Shown here: one piece after another, positions 57,501 to 64,000 of the stretch | How positions within the stretch are numbered: position 1 is the first letter of the stretch | Layout of the letters: each line of letters starts with the position of its first letter | Position numbers and translations under genes: made by a program | Notes under the pieces: generated by a model | The model's database searches: none | What the model was told of the DNA's origin: nothing | The model's input: only the letters and a program-made list of their open reading frames with translations | Assembly (NCBI GenBank): GCA_038087875.1 | Contig: CM075999.1 | Location: forward strand, 746,001 to 810,000 | DNA from: Malacoraja senta | Lineage: Eukaryota | DNA: 64,000 bases | Direction: 5' to 3'

Positions 57501-60500
57501 ATAAATAATTTCTATTCCCCAACGTTTCAATCAATGGTTTCTATTCCCAAACTGTCTGACATCTTAAGTCAAGCAGATTTACTCAATTACCTCTGCATCT
57601 ATTCCACAGCCCCGCAGCTGTACAAGGCACCAGAGTGCATGCAAACTGCACCTTCACAAATGATTCTGATCCCAAGGATATTAACAGGGTTAGATTGTAC
57701 CGTGTGTTCAGAGACCTGTCTGAAGGCATCGCCATTCTAGGACCATATTCACTGGATAGTAACAGCCTCTATGTGAACGGTATGTATCACTGAAATGAGG
57801 ATTTACTTCTGATCAAATTTATTGGATTCGAGTGAACGTTCAGAAAATGTCATAATCTATCAATTTCCCATATTTTATGTTAACATTTCACCAGATACAT
57901 AATTATTCTTTTAATCTTTCAGGTTACAATGAACCATCACCTACAACCAGTGAGTACTGTTTTGAATTTAATATTTCACTAACATTTCCTTTTGTTGCAG
58001 TGGATAACAACAGTGAATATATTTGCCAACCGTTCACTAAATAATGTCAGATGTGGTCTCCGTATTAGTGATGTTAACACAGCAAGTGTATGACAATGGA
58101 AAGTGGATGAGATGTGACCATCCTATCATCATTAATGTTTTCATCTCCCCTGCTGGCCATACATTCCATCAGGCTCCACCCAAAATACCAATGTACCAAT
58201 CTTTGCTTCATTGTAAATGATAATCATAGACCGTTAGTGTCATGATGGCTACAGCACAGAAATTGGCTCTTTGGATCGTGGATTCTGTGCTGCCAATGGC
58301 AAACTACCCCTTTATGCTAATCCTATATTAATCACATTTTTTATTCTCCCTTCATCAAAAGTAATTCTCATTATTCCCTTCATCATGTATTTGTTCACTG
58401 TGGATGGCATGATTGTAATCATGTATAGTATTTACGCTGACTGGTTAGCATGCAACAAAAGCTTTCACTTTACAATTTTCACTTTTCACTTTTCACATGA
58501 CAAAAAACTAAACTCAAACTCAAACTCATCCACTTCAACTGGACCAACGTCCTCTCATTGACCTACTTACTTGGGTCATTTTACAGTGGCCATAGATCTT
58601 AGACCTATGCATTATTCATTTATGTGTAACACTCTTTCCCTTCTTTACACCAAGTGTTAACAATAATTCAACAAAAAGCTTTTTTTTATTTGATTGTTTA
58701 ATCATTTTGCGCAATTTCTTAACAGCAATATCACCAATACAGACCACAACTCCAAATATGCAACCAAATCCCCTTGATTTTAACGTGACCTTCGTTGCAA
58801 CTAACCTGGCCTCAGCAGCAGATTTACAAGATCCCAATTCAGCATTGTTCAACTCTGCAGCAAGTGTTATTGTTTTGCAGGTCAGTTGACAAATTACTGA
58901 TTGATTTAATTAATTCATTACTCATGGTTCAGAGAGTCTAATACTCTAACCATTGCCTTTTTACAGCTGAACCAACTGTTTCGCAGAAGTAATGTTAACA
59001 AAACCTTCTCCAGCTGCAGAGTTCTCTCATTCAGGTAAGGAAAACTAAGATTCATCCGAGTCAGTATTTGCATCAACACCACGTGCGACCTCAGAAAAGC
59101 ACATGTAACTGCAAGTGCATCAACATTTCCTAAATGGTAACTCTGATGGAAAAATAGCAAGCTCATATTTAGACTTGTTTTTCGGAAAAATAATTCCCAA
59201 ACCAATATTTGTGGATTTCTAGGGAGTTTCACAACGTCCATGGTGGTGCATCCCAAGTCCTTCATGTGCCATGGACATAATGACGTGTAGGTTCATGGAC
59301 ATGCACTGGTGCACCAGAAAATCAGAAGGTGGCTTTCAGATTCTAGACAACTCCCGCATCATGCAGATATTGTGGTCGACTCATGTAAATGTTGCCACCG
59401 ACTGCTTCCAAGGTCTGCTTTAGCATTGGTTTGAGAGGAAACAGATCCAGGCCATGGATTGCAGTTGTGAAAACCCATCTCTGATGGGCTCTGATGTACT
59501 GTTGATTCCCAATATCATAGCTCATCCCTTTCCCAATGTATTGATTTTTGTACTAAAATAATACCTCAGGAATCAATAATTGCACAGAAACAGTCAACAG
59601 AGGAAATATTTATTTTATTTTGTAAATTGAATGCCATATCCCCGTCTACATTTATTCTGGCAAATGACATACATATTATGTGCTTGAGTATATAAATAAT
59701 TTCTATTCCCCAACGTTTCAATCAATGGTTTCTATTCCCAAACTGTATGACATCTTAAGTCAAGCAGATTTACTCAATTACCTCTGCATCTATTCCACAG
59801 CCCCGCAGCTGTACAAGGCACCAGAGTGCATGCAAACTGCACCTTCACAAATGACTCTGATCCCAAGGATATTAACAGGGTTAGATTGTACCGTGTGTTC
59901 AGAGACCTGTCTGAAGGCATCGCCATTCTAGGACCATATTCACTGGATAGTAACAGCCTCTATGTGAACGGTATGTATCACTGAAATGAGGATTTACTTC
60001 TGATCAAATTTATTGGATTCGAGTGAACGTTCAGAAAATGTCATAATCTATCAATTTCCCATATTTTATGTTAACATTTCACCAGATACATAATTATTCT
60101 TTTAATCTTTCAGGTTACAATGAACCATCACCTACAACCAGTGAGTACTGTTTTGAATTTAATATTTCACTAAAATTTCCTTTTGATGCAGTGGATAACA
60201 ACAGTGAATATATTTGCCAAACGTTCACTAAATAATGTCAGATGTGGTCTCCGTATTAGTGATGTTAACACAGCAAGTGTATGACAATGGAAAGTGGATG
60301 AGATGTGACCATCCTATCATCATTAATGTTTTCATCTCCCCTGCTGGCCATACATTCCATCAGGCTCCACCCAAAATACCAATGTACCAATCTTTGCTTC
60401 ATTGTAAATGATAATCATAGACCGTTAGTGTCATGATGGCTACAGCACAGAAATTGGCTCTTTGGATCGTGGATTCTGTGCCAATGGCAAACTACCCCTT

Positions 60501-63414
60501 TATGCTAATCCTATATTAATCACATTTTTTATTCTCCCTTCATCAAAAGTAATTCACATTATTCCCTTCATCATGTATTTGTTCACTGTGGATGGCATGA
60601 TTGTAATCATGTATAGTATTTCCGCTGACTGGTTAGCATGCAACAAAAGCTTTCACTTTACAATTTTCACTTTTCACTTTTCACATGACAAAAAACTAAA
60701 CTCAAACTCAAACTCATCCACTTCAACTGGACCAAGGTCCTCTCATTGACCTACGTACTTGGGTCATTTTACAGTGGCCATAGATCTTAGACCTATGCAT
60801 TATTCATTTATGTGTAACACTCTTTCCTTTCTTTACACCAAGTGTTAACAATAATTCAACAAAAAGCTTTTTTTTATTTGATTGTTTAATCATTTTGCGC
60901 AATTTCTTAACAGCAATATCACCAATACAGACCACAACTTTAAATATGCAACCAAATCCCCTTGATTTTAACGTGACCTTCGTTGCAACTAACCTGGCCT
61001 CAGCAGCAGATTTACAAGATCCCAATTCAGCATTGTTCAACTCTGCAGCAAGTGTTATTGTTTTGCAGGTCAGTTGACAAATTACTGATTGATTTAATTA
61101 ATTCATTTCTCATGGTTCAGAGAGTCTAATACTCTAACCATTGCCTTTTTACAGCTGAACCAACTGTTTCGCAGAAGTAATGTTAACAAAACCTTCTCCA
61201 GCTGCAGAGTTCTCTCATTCAGGTAAGGAAAACTAAGATTCATCCGAGTCAGTATTTGCATCAACACCACGTGCGACCTCAGAAAAGCACATGTAACTGC
61301 AAGTGCATCAACATTTCCTAAATGGTAACTCTGATGGAAAAATGGCAAGCTCATATTTAGACTTGTTTTTTGGAAAAATAATTCCCAAACCAATATTTGT
61401 GGAATTCTAGGGAGTTTCACAACGTCCATGGTGGTGCATCCCAAGTCCTTCATGTGCCATGGACATAATGATGTGTAGGTTCATGGACATGCACTGGTGC
61501 ACCAGAAAATCAGAAGGTGGCTTTCAGATTCAGGACAGCTCCCGCATCATGCAGATATTGTGGTCGACTCATGTAAATGTTGCCACCGACTGCTTCCAAG
61601 GTCTGCTTTAGCATTGGTTTGAGAGGAAACAGATCCAGGCCATGGATTGCAGTTGTGAAAACCCATCTCTGATGGGCTCTGATGTACTGTTGATTCCCAA
61701 TATCATAGCTCATCCCATTCCCAATGTTGTGATTTTTGTACTAAAATAATACCTCAGGAATCAATAATTGCACAGAAACAGTCAACAGAGGAAATATTTA
61801 TTTTATTTTGTAAATTGAATGCCATATCCCCGTCTACATTTATTCTGGCAAATGACATACATATTATGTGCTTGAGTATATAAATAATTTCTATTCCCCA
61901 ACGTTTCAATCAATGGTTTCTATTCCCAAACTGTCTGACATCTTAAGTCAAGCTGATTTACTCAATTACCTCTGCATCTATTCCACAGCCCTGCAGCTGT
62001 ACAAGGCACCAGAGTGCATGCAAACTGCACCTTCACAAATGACTCTGATCCCAAGGATATTAACAGGGTTAGATTGTACCGTGTGTTCAGAGACCTGTCT
62101 GAAGGCATCGCCATTCTAGGACCATATTCACTGGATAGTAACAGCCTCTATGTGAACGGTATGTATCACTGAAATGAGGATTTACTTCTGATCAAATTTA
62201 TTGGATTCGAGTGAACGTTCAGAAAATGTCATAATCTATAAATTTCCCATATTTTATGTTAACATTTCACCAGATACATAATTATTCTTTTAATCTTTCA
62301 GGTTACAATGAACCATCACCTACAACCAGTGAGTACTGTTTTGAATTTAATATTTCACTAAAATTTCCTTTTGTTGCAGTGGATAACAACAGTGAATATA
62401 TTTGCCAAACGTTCACTAAATAATGTCAGATGTGGTCTCCGTATTAGTGATGTTAACACAGCAAGTGTATGACAATGGAAAGTGGATGAGATGTGACCAT
62501 CCTATCATCATTAATGTTTTCATCTCCCCTGCTGGCCATACATTCCATCAGGCTCCACCCAAAATACCAATGTACCAATCTTTGCTTCATTGTAAATGAT
62601 AATCATAGACCGTTAGTGTCATGATGGCTACAGCACAGAAATTGGCTCTTTGGATCGTGGATTCTGTGCCAATGGCAAACTACCCCTTTATGCTAATCCT
62701 ATATTAATCACATTTTTTATTCTCCCTTCATCAAAAGTAATTCACATTATTCCCTTCATCATGTATTTGTTCACTGTGGATGGCATGATTGTAATCATGT
62801 ATAGTATTTCCGCTGACTGGTTAGCATGTAACAAAAGCTTTCACTTTACAATTTTCACTTTTCACTTTTCACATGACAAAAAACAACTCAAACTCAAACT
62901 CAAACTCATCCACTTCAACTGGACCAACGTCCTCTCATTGACCTACTTACTTGGGTCATTTTACAGTGGCCATAGATCTTAGACCTATGCATTATTCACT
63001 TATGTGTAACACTCTTTCCCTTCTTTACACCAAGTGTTAACAATAATTCAACAAAAAGCTTTTTTTTATTTGATTGTTTAATCATTTTGCGCAATTTCTT
63101 AACAGCAATATCACCAATACAGACCACAACTCCAAATATGCAACCAAATCCCCTTGATTTTAACGTGACCTTCGTTGCAACTAACCTGGCCTCAGCAGCA
63201 GATTTACAAGATCCCAATTCAGCATTGTTCAACTCTGCAGCAAGTGTTATTGTTTTGCAGGTCAGTTGACAAATTACTGATTGATTTAATTAATTCATTA
63301 CTCATGGTTCAGAGAGTCTAATACTCTAACCATTGCCTTTTTACAGCTGAACCAACTGTTTCGCAGAAGTAATGTTAACAAAACCTTCTCCAGCTGCAGA
63401 GTTCTCTCATTCAG
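99..63414 (+). CDS. MUC16-like: Giant multi-exon mucin, MUC16/CA125-like (exon-per-repeat PTS domain followed by tandem SEA modules); partial, open at both ends
   Basis: Manual splicing gives one continuous reading frame: ~84 phase 1-1 PTS exons, then SEA exons with compatible phases (1-0, 0-2, 2-1, 1-1), all with AG/GT boundaries. The SEA modules carry the MUC16-type motifs FNVTF..TNL, a Cys pair and LGPYSLDSNSLYVNG. Orthology to MUC16 is inferred from remembered motif similarity, not from a search. Confidence 0.85.
582..848 (+). pseudogene. Representative deleted 'stub' monomer: orphan acceptor plus first 14 nt of the exon fused to downstream intron (~37 copies in the array)
   Basis: cggcacatttccAG|aaaccactgtacca joins directly to gtagaataagttaa, which normally lies ~218 bp further on, in the intron. 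In frame it reads ETTVPVE-stop. There is no GTgagt donor. Confidence 0.85.
13189..24995 (+). CDS. PTS exons 22-42 (each 159 bp)
   Basis: Exon starts: 13189, 13666, 14152, 14903, 15389, 15873, 16623, 17108, 17592, 18342, 18827, 19311, 20453, 20930, 21417, 22170, 22630, 23116, 23867, 24351, 24837. Confidence 0.86.
19602..19993 (+). other. Inserted array fragment (3' end of an exon + full intron + 5' start of the next exon) inside an intron
   Basis: The host intron stops at ...ctgttgcatat (19600) and resumes at ttttctgtcaaaaacacc (~19994), matching the uninterrupted intron near 12721-12770. There is an orphan donor at 19640 and an orphan acceptor at 19956-19957. Confidence 0.8.
21902..22008 (+). 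pseudogene. 3'-truncated PTS exon without donor
   Basis: Normal acceptor, then 107 bp of exon, then a jump into intron sequence ttctttcgtacc. In-frame stop at 22051-22053. Confidence 0.8.
25586..37798 (+). CDS. PTS exons 43-63 (each 159 bp)
   Basis: Exon starts: 25586, 26070, 26554, 27306, 27783, 28534, 29020, 29503, 30253, 30736, 31486, 31971, 32723, 33200, 33685, 34169, 35169, 35920, 36406, 36890, 37640. Confidence 0.86.
34916..34970 (+). pseudogene. 3'-truncated PTS exon without donor
   Basis: tttctAG acceptor, 55 bp of exon, then fused to intronic tatcttccgtgaaaaatacc (~231-bp deletion). Read-through stops at 35143-35145. Confidence 0.8.
38126..51153 (+). CDS. PTS exons 64-84 (each 159 bp)
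   Basis: Exon starts: 38126, 38876, 39362, 40112, 40598, 41350, 41827, 42578, 43064, 43814, 44300, 45044, 45795, 46546, 47295, 47781, 48265, 49015, 49500, 50243, 50995. Confidence 0.86.
51471..51525 (+). pseudogene. Degenerate terminal PTS exon
   Basis: Acceptor is mutated (tttccAA instead of tttccAG), there is an indel (ccatcctcaagtacagag), and similarity is lost after ~45 bp. Confidence 0.75.
51563..51667 (+). CDS. Candidate unique Ser/Thr-rich exon (105 bp, phase 1-1) with non-canonical or mutated donor
   Basis: cccatgttctAG|aaacaact... encodes ETTETSSTSIQTSTSLQGSSSAATVTSSEAPNPIT. It ends at ACAG|GAAAGA, one base from the consensus GTAAGA. Confidence 0.55.
51892..52014. repeat. C-rich low-complexity tract (G-rich on the - strand)
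   Basis: Runs of C with a degenerate gtccccc motif. Confidence 0.8.
52275..52950 (-). mobile_element. 5'-truncated L1-clade LINE (ORF2 C-terminus, 3'UTR, poly-A) with target-site duplication
   Basis: Poly-T at 52271-52288 with tttatt (AATAAA on -) just inside. The - strand translates to ...DPDPKFIILG...GKKLILKFW*GPTAPTIKMWIIEM...LNGERIRF...F..TWSPLIDYL, which resembles fish L1 ORF2 C-termini. The direct repeat aacttgttcaactttt lies at 52259-52274 and 52951-52966. Confidence 0.8.
53064..53162 (+). repeat. Short interspersed repeat fragment of a type I recall as abundant in skate/ray genomes
   Basis: agacacaaagtgctagagtaactcag...agcatctctggagaaa...gtgacgtttcgggtc...ttcagactga. Recognised from memory; family not assigned. 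Confidence 0.5.
53217..53383 (+). CDS. MUC16-like: SEA module 1, exon A
   Basis: tttcAG|atatagtg...aatgag|GTaaac; 167 bp, phase 1-0. DIVEPPIVPVTVKPIEDVLMKLFNVTFNVFKLPFTPSLQNISSPLYMIESANIINE. Confidence 0.85.
53470..53537 (+). CDS. MUC16-like: SEA module 1, exon B
   Basis: caacAG|ctgaat...ttccg|GTaaga; 68 bp, phase 0-2. LNNLFANSNVNSTFTRCQSASFR. Confidence 0.88.
54321..54709 (+). mobile_element. 3' fragment of a CR1-clade LINE (HER1-like)
   Basis: Translates to KIIKGLDKLDAGKMFPMLGESKITGHSLRIKGR*FKTEVRKNFFTQRVVNLWNSLPQRAVEAKSLEGFKRELDRAL, the typical CR1 ORF2 C-terminus. It is followed by a 3'UTR and an 8-bp (tttctatg)n tail. Confidence 0.9.
55025..55322 (-). mobile_element. Degenerate tRNA-derived SINE (HE1-like, elasmobranch)
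   Basis: The - strand starts agcacagtagtgcagctggtcgagctgctgcctcat...ccgggtttaatcc (A-box and B-box-like), followed by gtggagtttgtacattc, and ends in a LINE-like tail (...ggcctgtttccacattgtgtctctaaaac). Confidence 0.75.
55675..55844 (+). CDS. MUC16-like: SEA module 1, exon C
   Basis: ttacAG|tccagca...gtgaatg|GTacat; 170 bp, phase 2-1. PASDGNTTVEAICVFKILISGQRVDEVQIYHEFQNNTEDITTLGSYSLDSNSLFVNG. Confidence 0.9.
55954..55980 (+). CDS. MUC16-like: SEA module 1, exon D (27-bp linker micro-exon)
   Basis: ttgcAG|gttaccatgaaccaagacctacaacca|GTgagt; phase 1-1. GYHEPRPTT. Confidence 0.82.
56535..57949 (+). CDS. MUC16-like: SEA module 2: join(56535..56689,56776..56843,57610..57779,57923..57949), 140 aa
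   Basis: All AG/GT; exons of 155+68+170+27 bp. TISPIQTTTPNMQPNPLDFNVTFVATNLASVADLQDPNSALFNSAASVIVLQ/LNQLFRRSNVNKTFSSCRVLSFS/PAAVQGTRVHANCTFTNDSDPKDINRVRLYRVFRDLSEGIAILGPYSLDSNSLYVNG/YNEPSPTT. Confidence 0.92.
58365..58527 (+). mobile_element. Probable LINE 3'-tail remnant in the SEA-unit intron (also at ~60553-60715 and ~62741-62907)
   Basis: tgtatttgttcactgtggatggcatgattgtaatcatgtat...gctgactggttagcatgcaacaaaagctttcac..., ending in (aaactc)n. Absent from the homologous intron 55981-56534. Family not assigned. Confidence 0.55.
58726..60140 (+). CDS. MUC16-like: SEA module 3: join(58726..58880,58967..59034,59801..59970,60114..60140)
   Basis: Near-identical copy of module 2 at +2191 bp. Splice sites intact; one V-to-A change (ASAAD). 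Confidence 0.92.
60914..62328 (+). CDS. MUC16-like: SEA module 4: join(60914..61068,61155..61222,61989..62158,62302..62328)
   Basis: Copy at +2188 bp from module 3. Splice sites intact; one P-to-L change (TTTLNMQ). Confidence 0.92.
63106..63414 (+). CDS. MUC16-like: SEA module 5, partial: join(63106..63260,63347..63414); continues beyond the window
   Basis: Copy at +2192 bp from module 4. Exons A and B are present and the window ends in the following intron. Confidence 0.9.
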
Positions 63415-64000
63415 GTAAGGAAAACTAAGATTCATCCGAGTCAGTATTTGCATCAACACCACGTGCGACCTCAGAAAAGCACATGTAACTGCAAGTGCAT
63501 CAACATTTCCTAAATGGTAACTCTGATGGAAAAATGGCAAGCTCATATTTAGTCTTGTTTTTTGGAAAAATAATTCCCAAACCAATATTTGTGGATTTCT
63601 AGGGAGTTTCACAACGTCCATGGTGGTGCATCCCAAGTCCTTCATGTGCCATGGACATAATGATGTGTAGGTTCATGTACATGCACTGGTGCACCAGAAA
63701 ATCAGAAGGTGGCTTTCAGATTCTAGACAACTCCCGCATCATGCAGATATTGTGGTCGACTCATGTAAATGTTGCCACCGACTGCTTCCAAGGTCTGCTT
63801 TAGCATTGGTTTGAGAGGAAACAGATCCAGGCCATGGATTGCAGTTGTGAAAACCCATCTCTGATGGGCTCTGATGTACTGTTGATTCCCAATATCATAG
63901 CTCATCCCTTTCCCAATGTATTGATTTTTGTACTAAAATAATACCTCAGGAATCAATAATTGCACAGAAACAGTCAACAGAGGAAATATTTATTTTATTT

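Larger units (their letters stand above)
56490..64000 (+). repeat. Tandem duplication of a ~2.19-kb unit (four SEA exons plus introns), ~3.4 copies visible
   Basis: Offsets of 2191, 2188 and 2192 bp. Introns are nearly identical between copies. Confidence 0.96.

Noticed and set aside
56727..63905. Repeated ORFs MKDLGCTT…, MSYDIGNQ…, MLEYINNF…, MDRGFC…
   Set aside because: They are intronic or wrong-frame ORFs that recur only because the 2.19-kb unit was recently duplicated. The MLEYINNF ORF overlaps SEA exon C in a different frame.

Overview
This is eukaryotic genomic DNA. The interspersed repeats (a CR1/HER1-type LINE tail and an HE1-type SINE) suggest a cartilaginous fish such as a skate, ray or shark; that assignment is inference. 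The whole window lies inside one + strand, multi-exon gene for a giant mucin of the MUC16/CA125 type, and neither the start nor the stop codon is in the window. (1) From 1 to ~51,500 is a tandem array of ~484-bp exon+intron monomers. It holds about 84 intact 159-bp exons (hand count) with phase 1-1 ends, each flanked by ttccAG and GTgagt and each encoding one 53-aa Thr/Ser-rich repeat (ETTVPSTSTEATTT...FTTTPLTTT). Together they would give ~4,450 aa if all are included. Mixed in are ~37 deleted 266-bp 'stub' monomers that keep only a weakened splice acceptor followed by a stop, plus a few broken monomers. (2) From ~51,500 to 53,200 is a transition zone. It has a dead repeat exon, a divergent 105-bp Ser/Thr exon with a GA instead of GT donor, and a truncated L1 insertion with target-site duplication. 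(3) From 53,217 to 64,000 are MUC16-type SEA modules, each encoded by four exons. One is divergent and is followed by near-identical ~2.19-kb copies (three complete, one cut by the window edge). Almost all ORFs in the supplied track are artefacts: exon read-through into introns or antisense shadows. The most interesting aspect is a mucin domain built one repeat per symmetric exon, which could be length-tuned by splicing and is studded with decoy acceptors.
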